In this document: positions 14,565 through 23,891 of the stretch, one piece after another
Numbering within the stretch: position 1 is the first letter of the stretch
Layout of the letters: each line of letters opens with the position of its first letter
Source: Patescibacteria group bacterium
GTDB taxonomy: Bacteria > Patescibacteriota > Minisyncoccia > Phycocordibacterales > UBA12079
Length of the DNA: 45,995 nucleotides
Reading direction: 5' to 3'
Assembly (NCBI GenBank): GCA_018817595.1
Contig: JAHITU010000002.1
Span: forward strand, 1 to 45,995
The notes under the pieces: generated by a model
Databases searched by the model: none
What the model was told of the DNA's origin: nothing
What the model saw: the letters and a program-made list of their open reading frames with translations, nothing else
Made by a program: the position numbers and the translations under genes

Positions 14565-15597
14565 TTTAAATAACAAAATAAGAGTGGCTATTAATGGTTT
14601 CGGTAGAATAGGAAGGGCTTTTTATCGCTTAGCTCAATCAGAACCTTTAATAGAGATTGTGGCAGTTAATGATTTGTCATCTATAGATAATCTAAATTAC
14701 CTACTAAAATACGATACGGCTTATGGAGTTTCTAATGATTTAATTCTAGATGAGTCTATTTTTTATAGTGAACCCGACCCACAATACTTACCTTGGGGTG
14801 ATTTAGGTGTTGATATAGTTGTTGAGTCAACTGGAGTTTTTAATACATATAAAAAAGCCAGTGCTCATATTAAAGCAGGAGCAAAAAAAATAGTTTTGAG
14901 TGCCCCAGCCAAAGATGATAAACCTCTATCCAGAGAGGATTCCACAATACCTAATTATGATTTAAATGGCAAGACTATTCTAATGGGAATCAATGACGAA
15001 GAATTAAAGACTTGTCAGATTAGTGCTAATGGTTCTTGTACAACCAATGCTGTCAGTCCTGTTTTGCAAATTTTGAATCAAAAAATAGGAGTAGAAAAGG
15101 CGATATTAAATACAATCCATTCCTACACTGCAACCCAAGGATTAGTAGATTCAACTAACAAAAAAGATTTCAGAAAAGGAAGAGCTGCTGCTCAGAATAT
15201 AATTCCAACCACTACCGGAGCAGCCATTGCCACAACCTTAGTTATTAAAGAACTAGAAGGTAAATTTGACGGAATGGCTATTCGAGTGCCTACTCTCGTA
15301 GGGTCTATAATTGATTTAACTTTTATTGCTAAAAAAAATGTAACAGTCGAAGAAATTAATTTAATTTTAAAAGAAGCTACAAAAGACAAAAGGTGGGAAG
15401 GTATTTATGGCGTTACAAAAGACCCAATTGTATCTTCTGATATCATAAATAATAAATACGCCTCCTTGGTAGATTTATCTTTGACAAAAGTAGTAGGAGG
15501 GAATCTTGTGAAAGTCTTGATATGGTATGATAACGAAATGGGTTATACTAACACTTTAATAAAACATGTTATAAAAGCAGGAGAAAATTTAAATTAA
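14557..15597 (+). CDS. gap: Type I glyceraldehyde-3-phosphate dehydrogenase
   Basis: INGFGRIGR, SCTTNA catalytic Cys, IIPTTTGAA, WYDNEMGY. Confidence 0.97.
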   Translation: MNNLNNKIRVAINGFGRIGRAFYRLAQSEPLIEIVAVNDLSSIDNLNYLLKYDTAYGVSNDLILDESIFYSEPDPQYLPWGDLGVDIVVESTGVFNTYKKASAHIKAGAKKIVLSAPAKDDKPLSREDSTIPNYDLNGKTILMGINDEELKTCQISANGSCTTNAVSPVLQILNQKIGVEKAILNTIHSYTATQGLVDSTNKKDFRKGRAAAQNIIPTTTGAAIATTLVIKELEGKFDGMAIRVPTLVGSIIDLTFIAKKNVTVEEINLILKEATKDKRWEGIYGVTKDPIVSSDIINNKYASLVDLSLTKVVGGNLVKVLIWYDNEMGYTNTLIKHVIKAGENLN

Positions 15598-15626
15598 AAA
15601 GGCAAAGACAAATCACTTTTGTGGTT

Positions 15627-15696
15627 CGTCTTTGCGAGGTGAGTGGGATTTTGGTTTTTGCAAAAACCAAAATCCCACTCAACGAAGCAATCCAGA
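15627..15696 (+). repeat. CGTC repeat carrying a perfect 42-bp palindrome
   Basis: cgtctttgcgagg-[tgagtgggattttggtttttg|caaaaaccaaaatcccactca]-acgaagcaatccaga. Confidence 0.85.
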
Positions 15697-15799
15697 AACG
15701 ACGATTGCTTTAGCAATCCCTTCCCGTCATATTAAAAAGTAGTGTATAATAAAAAGGAAAAATATTAATTTTATAATAAAAATAAAATAATAAAAAGAT

Positions 15800-16255
15800 A
15801 TGCAAAAACCAAAAAAAATATTATTAGCCACAGACCATGCCGGATTTGAATTAAAAGAATCCTTAAAGTTCTTTTTAAAAGAACTAGGTTACGAGATAGA
15901 AGATAAAGGAGCTTTTGAGTATAATTCAGAGGATGATTATCCTGATTTCATAAAGCCAGTCGCAAAAGAAGTTTCAGAAAACCCCGATGAATTCAAAGCT
16001 ATTATTTTAGGAGGGTCAGGACAAGGTGAGGCAATGACAGCTAATCGTTTTAAAAATGTAAGAGCAGCAGTCTATAACTTTTTAGATTTTGATATTATAA
16101 AACTATCCCGTGAGCATAATGATGCCAATATTTTATCGTTAGGAGCTAGGTTTTTGACTGAGGACCATGCAAAAGAAGCTGTTAAATTATGGCTAGAAAC
16201 ACCATTTTCAGAAGAAGAAAGACACATCCGAAGAATACAAAAAATAGAAAATTAG
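15800..16255 (+). CDS. rpiB: Ribose-5-phosphate isomerase B (RpiB/LacAB family)
   Basis: DHAGFELK, DDYPDF, GGSGQGE, SREHNDAN, RHIRR. Confidence 0.95.
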   Translation: MQKPKKILLATDHAGFELKESLKFFLKELGYEIEDKGAFEYNSEDDYPDFIKPVAKEVSENPDEFKAIILGGSGQGEAMTANRFKNVRAAVYNFLDFDIIKLSREHNDANILSLGARFLTEDHAKEAVKLWLETPFSEEERHIRRIQKIEN

Positions 16256-16288
16256 TAATTTTTTATTTTTTTTAATTAATTATTTACT

Positions 16289-16316
16289 AAAATAGTGCGA
16301 TTAATCGCACTATTTT
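16289..16316. terminator. Bidirectional terminator-like hairpin between convergent genes
   Basis: aaaatagtgcgatt|aatcgcactatttt. Confidence 0.6.
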
Positions 16317-17089
16317 CATTTTATATTTTTCTTTAATAATTGCCCAATCTTCCACCAAAATATTTTCTGTTGAGCTTTGATAGATTTTCGGCTTTCTTTA
16401 ACTTCGGACCAATATTGATAAATAGTGGACACAGGAATTCTCTTAAAAAATCCTAAATAAAAACTAAAAGAACCTTTACCTTTTTTAGCTGTTTCTCCAA
16501 AATATTCTCTTATTTCGGATACTAAATAATGCTTTTCCGAGTGAAGAGAGCTTTTCTTATTATTATTTTGAGAGATTAATAGATTTTCAATAGACTGGAT
16601 TCCTTTTTTATTTTCATTTTTTATAATTTTCTTTTTCAAAAAAGGTCTTAGTTTTTGACTAATAAAATCAGTATCAATTTTTTTAATATATTTTTCTATA
16701 TTAGATTTATCTGATGTCTCTGAAATTTTGTTTAGCTCTTTTTTTATATTTTGAGTGAATAGCTTTCCTAGAGAAAACTCCACAGGTTTTTTAATTTTAC
16801 TAGATTTAGTTTTAATATCTTCAATAATCTCCAAGAGAAGAAATTTAAATTCAAAATCATTAATCATTTTATTTATTGGAATATCATTTTTTCTTAAAAA
16901 TTGTTTTTGACTTTTCAAATCATCTATTTCTATAATCAGAGCAGGTTTTTCCTTTATATTTTTAGGGTTATCTGTTTTTGAATAGGGAACTAAGACAATA
17001 GACCCAACACTAAAATCCCTCTGACTAAAAAATATAGCCGGTTTCTGAAAATTATTTCTATAAATAGGAATGACAGTGATAATATTCAT
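16316..17089 (-). CDS. Hypothetical protein with PriA-N-terminus-like region
   Basis: ITVIPI..FFS..GSIVLVP..ALII resembles the PriA 3'-DNA-binding region; no helicase motifs. Confidence 0.5.
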   Translation of the reverse strand: MNIITVIPIYRNNFQKPAIFFSQRDFSVGSIVLVPYSKTDNPKNIKEKPALIIEIDDLKSQKQFLRKNDIPINKMINDFEFKFLLLEIIEDIKTKSSKIKKPVEFSLGKLFTQNIKKELNKISETSDKSNIEKYIKKIDTDFISQKLRPFLKKKIIKNENKKGIQSIENLLISQNNNKKSSLHSEKHYLVSEIREYFGETAKKGKGSFSFYLGFFKRIPVSTIYQYWSEVKESRKSIKAQQKIFWWKIGQLLKKNIK

Positions 17090-17169
17090 AATTTAATTAT
17101 ATAGTAATTGTTGAAATATTAAAATTTATTTTGTTTGACTTTATATTCCTAACTTATATAATTTAAGTA

Positions 17170-17400
17170 ATGAAAAATCAATTTTTTACAGTTTATATTG
17201 AGCAAGACGAAGACGGTGTTTTTATCGGGTCTATTCCTACTGTTCCAAGTTGCTATGCTGAAGGAAAAACCCAAGAAAAAATGTTAAAAAATCTACAAAA
17301 AGTTTTAAAACTTTGTCTTCGAAATACTAAAAAAGACATTAAAGATTTAAGAAAAAGCAGATTTATCGGCATTCAAAATTTAGAAATAGAATATGCCTAA
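17170..17400 (+). CDS. hicB: HicB-family antitoxin
   Basis: VYIEQDEDGVFIGSIPTVPSCYAEGKT; overlaps hicA; promoter ttgact-N16-tataat at 17135-17162. Confidence 0.88.
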   Translation: MKNQFFTVYIEQDEDGVFIGSIPTVPSCYAEGKTQEKMLKNLQKVLKLCLRNTKKDIKDLRKSRFIGIQNLEIEYA

Positions 17401-17614
17401 ACTTGTACCTATTAAACCCAAAAGGTTTATAAAAATTCTAATAAGTTTAGGTTTTAAAAAACGTGATGCAGAAGGTTCTCATTTATTTTTTGAACATATA
17501 GATGGAAGAACTACTGTGATTTCCATCCATAACAAAGAAATGAGTAAAGGTATATTGAGAAAAGTTTTAAATGATATTCATTTATCTGTTGATGAATATA
17601 ATAAATTAAGATAG
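17393..17614 (+). CDS. hicA: HicA-family toxin
   Basis: LISLGF..EGSH..HIDGRTTVI.H..KGILRKVL. Confidence 0.9.
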   Translation: MPKLVPIKPKRFIKILISLGFKKRDAEGSHLFFEHIDGRTTVISIHNKEMSKGILRKVLNDIHLSVDEYNKLR

Positions 17615-17707
17615 AAAAAATTGACAAATAAATAATCGTGTATTAGATTAAAGGCAGGTTTGGGGAAGTAGTTTTTAAAATACGTAATAAAAATCGGAGG
17701 AATATAA

Positions 17708-18127
17708 ATGGATTTGGATAAAATGAGTCGCGAAGAACTGAAAGACACTCTCTGTGGATTAAAGGTCTCAGGGAGGTCAAAAGTGAGAAACAAAAAAAAT
17801 ATGAAAATGCTTATTCAAAAGCATTGTCAGAACAAAAATATCATTGAAGGCACCGAAGAAATTAAGGTCATTTGGGAAGAAGTTAATAGTGAAAATCCAG
17901 ATGATAGGGGTATCGATATTATGAAAATGAATGGCTCTTATGGTGATCTTAAAATTGTTCTTAATCGAATGGTTGATTCTGTCGGCTGGAAAATGAGAAC
18001 AAATTTTGGTGTTTCTGTGAATTTTCACACACCATTGAAATATTCAATCGAGGAGGCAGAAAAACATATGAAAAAAGCCATAGGAACCTTTCGAAATATA
18101 TATCTTCAGTGTGTGGTCTCTATCTGA
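17708..18127 (+). CDS. Hypothetical protein (possible N-terminal SAP/HeH-like motif)
   Basis: 139-aa ORF with ttgaca at 17621, SD ggagg and a downstream hairpin. Confidence 0.6.
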   Translation: MDLDKMSREELKDTLCGLKVSGRSKVRNKKNMKMLIQKHCQNKNIIEGTEEIKVIWEEVNSENPDDRGIDIMKMNGSYGDLKIVLNRMVDSVGWKMRTNFGVSVNFHTPLKYSIEEAEKHMKKAIGTFRNIYLQCVVSI

Positions 18128-18172
18128 TTCTTTCTCCGTAAAAGACATAAAAACATGTCAAAAACACAAAAC

Positions 18173-18206
18173 AGGGCAACTCAACTGAGTTGCCCTATAT
18201 TTTTTT
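18173..18206 (+). terminator. Intrinsic terminator-like hairpin
   Basis: agggcaactca-ac-tgagttgccct followed by a T-run. Confidence 0.6.
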
Positions 18207-18289
18207 AAAAATTTAAAAATTGAGATTTATTTAAAAATTAAAAATTAAAAAATTAAAAATTTTAAATAATTTATTGTTTAATAAATTAT

Positions 18290-18934
18290 TTAATAACTAA
18301 CCTCCATTAAATTCCCGTTATCCATTATATAGATAGAATCATCGTTTTTCTTTACAAAAGTAGGATTTTTTCCTTTGTAAATTGGTTGTAGATTTTGTTC
18401 TGTTTGGTAATCAACCCCTAAAGCATAAACCCCATCAGCCAAAGACATCAAAACAACATCTGTTCTGTTTTTGTAAAAATCAACAGCTGTTATTTGGTCT
18501 TTGATTTCTATAGTAGAGATTGTACTCAAAGCATCCGCTGAAATTAAATCTTTTTGGAAAAGAGACCAGATATCCCAATACTCAGGATCAGTTTTTCCAA
18601 TCATAAAACCACTAGTATTTTGAGGGATAAAAAATGGATTTAATTCAAGAGTAGTTTCTCCAAGAATCTGAACTTCTTTAGTCCAAGGCCAATATCCTTC
18701 TTTATGTACTATTACACTGTGAATTCCTTTTTTAATTTTGAACTCTGGATTAATATTGTTTTTTGAATCTTCTTTTACATTATCTATATAGACAGTAAGA
18801 GTTTCGTCTAAACTATTAATTTGCAAAAAACCTTTTTGTTTTTTGTCGTAGTTAAAATAAAATAATCCTCCTAAAATTAATATTAATACACCTATAAGCA
18901 TCAATGAGCTTTTTTCTTTTTTTATTTTTTGCAT
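18290..18934 (-). CDS. PEGA-domain membrane-anchored protein
   Basis: N-terminal TM helix, G.L.INS..VYID..GIHSVIVHKEGYWPWTKEV. Confidence 0.75.
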   Translation of the reverse strand: MQKIKKEKSSLMLIGVLILILGGLFYFNYDKKQKGFLQINSLDETLTVYIDNVKEDSKNNINPEFKIKKGIHSVIVHKEGYWPWTKEVQILGETTLELNPFFIPQNTSGFMIGKTDPEYWDIWSLFQKDLISADALSTISTIEIKDQITAVDFYKNRTDVVLMSLADGVYALGVDYQTEQNLQPIYKGKNPTFVKKNDDSIYIMDNGNLMEVSY

Positions 18935-19007
18935 TTTTTAATTTTACCACTACTTAGATTAAAATCAATTGTAAATTGTTTTAAAAAATCGTATGATTAG
19001 TTTTAAT

Positions 19008-20297
19008 ATGAAAGATAAATTTATTATAGAAGGATTAGGAAATAAAAGAACTTTATCTGGAAAGATAAGGGTAAACGGAGCTAAAAACGCTGTTTTACCA
19101 GTGATGGCTTCTTCTGTTTTGTTCAAAGACGGTTTCCGTATCAAAAATGTTCCTTTTATAGAAGATTTAAATCGTTTAGATGAAATATTCAAAGGTCTAA
19201 AAATAGAAATGAATAAAGAGTCAGAAGGAGAATATTTTATTGATACTAAAAAAATTGAATCTAAAGAAATAGACGAAGAAGCTTCAAAAAGAATGAGAGC
19301 TTCAATTATTTTCAGTGGTCCTGTTTTGGCTCGTTTTGGTGAGTTGGTTTTTCCTCATCCTGGAGGTTGTGTTATAGGGGCTAGACCCATTGATTTATTT
19401 CTAGAGGGTTTTGAAAAAATGGGAGCCACTATTGACCACCACGATGAAAAATATTTTTTAAAAACTGAAAATGGAAAATTAAAAGGAGCCAATATATTCT
19501 TCAAAATACCATCTGTAACTGCTACAGAAACATTTATCATGGCGGGTGTTTTGGCAGAAGGAAAAACTATATTGAAAAATGTAGCTATGGAACCAGAAAT
19601 TGGTTCTCTAATAGAATGGCTAAATACATGTGGAGCAAAAATTAAAGGAATAGGCACACCAACCTTAGAGATTGAAGGAGGAGGTTTATTAGAAGCCAAA
19701 GATAAAGTTTACGAAACCATTCCTGACCGTTTAGAAACTGGCTCTTTTCTAATTTTAGGAGCCTTGTGTGCTTCTGACTTAGAAATTACGCACTGTAATC
19801 CTAATCATTTAGAAATTGTCATAGAAGCGTTAAAGGATTCTGGCGTAGATTTAGAAGTAGGTAAAGACTACATTAAAGTAAATAATAAAAATCTAAAAAA
19901 TTATAAAGCTTTCAATATTAAAACTCACGAATATCCAGGTTTTCCAACAGATTTGCAATCTCCTATGACAGTTTTTTTGACTCAAGCTCAGGGCGAATCT
20001 TTTATATTCGAAACAATTTTTGAAGGACGTTTGAATTATATTAGTGATTTAGTTAAGATGGGGGCAAATATAAAAATGTGGGATTCTCATCGAGTAACAG
20101 TAAAGGGACCCACTCAAATAAAAGGAAGAGAATTAGAGGGTCCTGACATTCGAACTGGTTTTGCTTTTGTGATTGCTGCTCTCGTGGCTGAAAAAGAATC
20201 AACTATATCAAATGTTTATTATATCGATAGGGGATACGAGAAAATAGAAAAAAGATTATCTAACATAGGGGCTGAAATTAAAAGAAAAAAAGAATAA
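19008..20297 (+). CDS. murA: UDP-N-acetylglucosamine 1-carboxyvinyltransferase (start probably 19008)
   Basis: GAKNA, MRAS, PGGCVIGARP, YPGFPTDLQ, IDRGYE. Confidence 0.97.
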   Translation: MKDKFIIEGLGNKRTLSGKIRVNGAKNAVLPVMASSVLFKDGFRIKNVPFIEDLNRLDEIFKGLKIEMNKESEGEYFIDTKKIESKEIDEEASKRMRASIIFSGPVLARFGELVFPHPGGCVIGARPIDLFLEGFEKMGATIDHHDEKYFLKTENGKLKGANIFFKIPSVTATETFIMAGVLAEGKTILKNVAMEPEIGSLIEWLNTCGAKIKGIGTPTLEIEGGGLLEAKDKVYETIPDRLETGSFLILGALCASDLEITHCNPNHLEIVIEALKDSGVDLEVGKDYIKVNNKNLKNYKAFNIKTHEYPGFPTDLQSPMTVFLTQAQGESFIFETIFEGRLNYISDLVKMGANIKMWDSHRVTVKGPTQIKGRELEGPDIRTGFAFVIAALVAEKESTISNVYYIDRGYEKIEKRLSNIGAEIKRKKE

Positions 20298-20313
20298 GTA
20301 AATAAACAAAAAT

Positions 20314-21330
20314 ATGTCATTTTTTATAAAAAAATTAGGAATAGATTTAGGAACAGCCAATACCCTAGTTTATCTTCCTGGAAAAGGAATAGTTTTAAGT
20401 GAGCCATCTGTAGTGGCGGTTTCTGAAATAGATAATAAAATCTTAGCAGTAGGGAGCGAAGCTAAAAAAATGATAGGAAGAACTCCTGAATCAATTATTA
20501 CATATCGACCAATGCGAAATGGAGTTATTGCTGATTATCGGGTAACCGAAGCTATGCTTCGTTATTTTATAAACAAAGCTTTAGGAAAGTTCAATTTCTT
20601 TAAACCCGAAGTTATTATCTCTGTTCCTGCTGGAATTACTTCAACAGAAAGAAGAGCTGTAGTTGAAGCTACGATTAAGGCCGGAGCAAAAAAGGCTTTT
20701 GTAGTTAAAGAACCTATTCTAGCAGCTATAGGAGCTGGGGTAGCAATTGAAGAGGCTGGAGGGCATATGATTGTTGATATTGGTGGAGGAACTATTGATG
20801 TGGCTGTTATTTCTCTAGGTGGTATTGTGGCTTCTACTTCAGTTAAATGTGCAGGTGATAAAATGAATTCAGCTCTTATTGAATTTGTTAAAAGAAAATA
20901 CAATCTATCAATTGGGGACAAAACCGCAGAAGATATAAAGATTCAAATCGGGTCAGCTTTACCTTTAGAAGAAGAGCTATCTATGGAAATAAGAGGAAGG
21001 GATTTTATTTCTGGATTGCCTCGAACAATTGAAATAAGTACTAATGAAGTATCCAAAGCTTTAAGTAAAGAATTAAGAGAAATGGTTCGTGCTATTAAAT
21101 CTGTTTTTCAAGAAACTCCACCAGAATTATCTGCTGATATTGTTCAAAGAGGAATAATTATGACAGGGGGTTCTTCTCAATTAAGAAATTTACCTGAATT
21201 AGTTTATAGAAGAACTGGAGTAAAAGCTTGCTTGGCAAAAGATCCTTTTTATTGTGTTTCTAAAGGAACAGGAGTTGCTTTAAAACATTTAGATGTTTAT
21301 CGAAGGTCAGTTATTTCAAAGAATTACTAG
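20314..21330 (+). CDS. mreB: Rod shape-determining protein MreB/Mbl
   Basis: GIDLGTAN, EPSVVA, GVIADY, DIGGGT, TPPEL. Confidence 0.96.
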   Translation: MSFFIKKLGIDLGTANTLVYLPGKGIVLSEPSVVAVSEIDNKILAVGSEAKKMIGRTPESIITYRPMRNGVIADYRVTEAMLRYFINKALGKFNFFKPEVIISVPAGITSTERRAVVEATIKAGAKKAFVVKEPILAAIGAGVAIEEAGGHMIVDIGGGTIDVAVISLGGIVASTSVKCAGDKMNSALIEFVKRKYNLSIGDKTAEDIKIQIGSALPLEEELSMEIRGRDFISGLPRTIEISTNEVSKALSKELREMVRAIKSVFQETPPELSADIVQRGIIMTGGSSQLRNLPELVYRRTGVKACLAKDPFYCVSKGTGVALKHLDVYRRSVISKNY

Positions 21331-21430
21331 TTTAGTAGGTTAGGTAAACTTAGCTTTTAGCTTTTAGGAAAAATTTACAAAGCAAATTTTTCTCCTAATA
21401 ACCTAAAAGCTAACCTACTAAAACCTAAAA
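21331..21430. repeat. Inverted arrays of 7-9-mer tandem repeats
   Basis: tagtaggttag/cttttag arms versus ctaaaagctaacctacta around aaaaatttacaaagcaaattttt; right-arm copies also near 27943-27982 and 39495-39550. Confidence 0.7.
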
Positions 21431-21433
21431 AAT

Positions 21434-22123
21434 ATGTTTTTAAACCCTCAGAATCTACATCATGCATATCTCCTAGAAGGAGAAAAAGAATCTGTTTTTA
21501 AAGAATTAATACTTTTTTTAGAAAATGATTTAAATTTTCAAACTTCCGCTAACCCAGATTTTTATCTAGGGGATTTTGATAGTTTTGGGATTAATGATGG
21601 GCGAGTTATAAAAGATTTTCAATCAAAAAAGACTTTGGCTGGAGATAAACAAATCATAATTATCCAAACAAATTTTATAACCAACGAAGCTCAAAATTCT
21701 TTACTAAAAATGTTTGAAGAACCAACTGAAAATACTCATATATTTTTAATAATTCATTCTTCTGAAAATCTTTTAACTACTCTTAAATCTCGTTTGCAAA
21801 TTGTTAAATTTCAGAGGGATAATTTAACTAATGATTTTGTAGATGATTTTTTAAAAGCAAGTATTTCAGAAAGGTTTGATTTAATTAAAGTTTTTTTACC
21901 TAAAACCACAAATGATAAAGCTGACAAGGCTGGAGCTATTCAATTTTTAAATAATTTAGAAAAAGATTTATATATTAAATTCAAGCAAAACAATGAAAAA
22001 GATTTAAAAAATATTTTTCAGGAAATTATTCAAAATCGTTCTTATTTATCTGATAGGTCACCTTCAGTTAAAATGATTTTAGAACATATTTCACAAATTA
22101 TTCCTAGAAGTCCGACCTCTTAA
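21434..22123 (+). CDS. holB: DNA polymerase III delta'-like clamp-loader subunit
   Basis: HHAYLLEG, NPDF, EAQNSLLKMFEEP, TLKSRLQ. Confidence 0.8.
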   Translation: MFLNPQNLHHAYLLEGEKESVFKELILFLENDLNFQTSANPDFYLGDFDSFGINDGRVIKDFQSKKTLAGDKQIIIIQTNFITNEAQNSLLKMFEEPTENTHIFLIIHSSENLLTTLKSRLQIVKFQRDNLTNDFVDDFLKASISERFDLIKVFLPKTTNDKADKAGAIQFLNNLEKDLYIKFKQNNEKDLKNIFQEIIQNRSYLSDRSPSVKMILEHISQIIPRSPTS

Positions 22124-22225
22124 CGTGTATACCTGTAACCTTTAGTAATTTGTATTGTGTTGTTAATACCGAGGTCGTACTTCTTAACATAATACTGAGA
22201 TTGTACTTCTAATTAAATAATTACC

Positions 22226-22651
22226 ATGAATCTAAAAATAATAAAAATGCACTCCGATATGACTTCGCCGAGTTATGCTCACAAAGGAGATGCTGGTTTA
22301 GACCTTAGGTCTGCTGAGGAATTAGTTATAAAAGTAGGGGAAATAAAAAGTATTAAAACTGGTATAAAAATAGAAATACCAGAAGGATTAGTTGGTTTGG
22401 TATGGGATAAGAGTGGTCGGGCAGTTAAAGATAATTTACATTGTCTTGCTGGAGTGATTGATGCTGGTTTTCGTGGCGAAATAACCCTTACTTTTAAGAA
22501 CTTGGGAGATAAAGATTTTGAAGTGAAAAGAGATATGAAAATAGCCCAAATACTTATTCAACCTATAGTTACTCCTAACATTATAGAGGTTGATTTTTTA
22601 AATGACAGTACAAGAGGGGATGGAATGTGGGGAAGCACAGGAGACTTTTAA
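22226..22651 (+). CDS. dut: dUTP diphosphatase
   Basis: GDAGLDL, KSG, AGVIDAGFRGE, KIAQ, RGDGMWGSTG. Confidence 0.95.
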   Translation: MNLKIIKMHSDMTSPSYAHKGDAGLDLRSAEELVIKVGEIKSIKTGIKIEIPEGLVGLVWDKSGRAVKDNLHCLAGVIDAGFRGEITLTFKNLGDKDFEVKRDMKIAQILIQPIVTPNIIEVDFLNDSTRGDGMWGSTGDF

Positions 22652-22741
22652 TTAAGAAATAAAATCAACCTTGTAAAAAAACCTAAAATATTAAGCAGCT
22701 AGTCCAATCGATTGGAATAGTTTAATTGTTTATATAAATAT

Positions 22742-23326
22742 ATGGATAAAATAAAAGAGATGGAGAAAATTGAAAGGAAGCTTCTAAAATTAAAAAAATC
22801 TCCTCTTTATAGTGAAAGAATTTTAAATAAAGCTTTTCCTGTCATTGGAGAGGGGAGCCTTGATTCTAAAATTATGTTTGTCGGAGAAGCTCCAGGAAAA
22901 AAGGAAGCTCAAACAGGTAAGCCTTTTTGTGGGGCCTCTGGTAAGGTTTTAGATGAATTATTGGCATCAATTAAATTAGATAGAAAAAAAGTTTATGTTA
23001 CAAATATAGTAAAAGATAGACCTACGGATAACCGTGACCCTTCCAAAGAAGAAATAGAGATTTATGGACCCTTTTTAGATAAACAAATTGAAATTATACA
23101 GCCTAAAATAATCGCAACACTAGGCAGGTATTCAGCGGAATACATAATGAAGAAATTTAGCCTAGAGGAAAAAATAGAACCAATAGGCAAAATGCACGGA
23201 AAAGTTTTTCAGAGTAAACTTGGAATAAAAATTATTCCCTTGCTTCATCCAGCTGTTGTACTATATAATTCATATAGTCGTGATGACCTTAAATTAGATT
23301 TTAAAATTTTAAATAAATTTAAGTAA
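22742..23326 (+). CDS. Uracil-DNA glycosylase, family 4-like
   Basis: FVGEAPG, GKPFCG, TNIVKDRP..NRDP, LHPA; the usual Fe-S Cys ligands are not evident. Confidence 0.9.
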   Translation: MDKIKEMEKIERKLLKLKKSPLYSERILNKAFPVIGEGSLDSKIMFVGEAPGKKEAQTGKPFCGASGKVLDELLASIKLDRKKVYVTNIVKDRPTDNRDPSKEEIEIYGPFLDKQIEIIQPKIIATLGRYSAEYIMKKFSLEEKIEPIGKMHGKVFQSKLGIKIIPLLHPAVVLYNSYSRDDLKLDFKILNKFK

Positions 23327-23338
23327 GGGAGGTGTTCT

Positions 23339-23596
23339 TTGAAGTTTTTGAAAATTTTTTTAAATGTAATTTTGTCACCTATGTTTTATTTTATTTACCC
23401 ATCATTGGGTAAAATAAAAACAAATTTAAAGTTTTGTTTTTGTTCGTTTATAGTCTCTGTTGTTTTTTATTATAGAGTTTTGGATAGTTTTTTGTGGTCT
23501 TTCTTGTTTTTTTATGTTTTTTGGGGAGTTTGTCTTTTTATAGGCTCCTATATGGAATATAAAGAAAAACCGCAAAATATAAACAAATTATATTAA
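23339..23596 (+). CDS. Small hypothetical membrane protein
   Basis: Hydrophobic Phe-rich ORF, TTG start with SD ggaggtg. Confidence 0.55.
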   Translation: MKFLKIFLNVILSPMFYFIYPSLGKIKTNLKFCFCSFIVSVVFYYRVLDSFLWSFLFFYVFWGVCLFIGSYMEYKEKPQNINKLY

Positions 23597-23609
23597 ACCT
23601 TTTGTTTCC

Positions 23610-23643
23610 GAACGGCTCAACTCGTTGAGCCGTTCTTTTTTTT
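23610..23643 (+). terminator. Intrinsic terminator
   Basis: gaacggctcaac-tc-gttgagccgttc + T8. Confidence 0.75.
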
Positions 23644-23665
23644 ATTGTATACTGTCTTTAATTAT

Positions 23666-23737
23666 ATGAAAATTTTAAACAAAAAATTCGCTATTGCCAT
23701 AAGGGTTGCTTCTGCAACCCTATTTCCAATGAATTAA
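23666..23737 (+). promoter_or_regulatory. Candidate Ala-rich leader peptide upstream of alaS
   Basis: MKILNKKFAIAIRVASATLFPMN; four Ala codons, two inside hairpin agggttgc-ttct-gcaaccct. Confidence 0.4.
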
Positions 23738-23749
23738 AAATTAATAAGT

Positions 23750-23876
23750 TCTGGATTGCCATGATTCAATTTTTTAACAAAAAATTGAATCTCGCAAAGA
23801 CGGATTTTGAGAAGCAAAATCCGTTACGAAAAGCAAAGCTTTTCGTCTCTGCGAGCGATAGCGAAGCAGTCCAGAA
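23750..23876. repeat. Inverted CGTC doublet with nested hairpins
   Basis: tctggattgcc..ctcgcaaagacg / cggattttg..caaaatccg / acgaaaagcaaagcttttcgt / cgtctctgcgagcgatagcgaagcagtccaga. Confidence 0.85.
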
Positions 23877-23891
23877 ATTAACAAAACTATT

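Noticed and set aside
14900-14970. Palindromic insertion in gap (KPLSREDSTIPNYDL) and SASAGG in the DnaK tail
   Set aside because: Only weak hairpins that match no repeat family in the window; ordinary loop variation is sufficient
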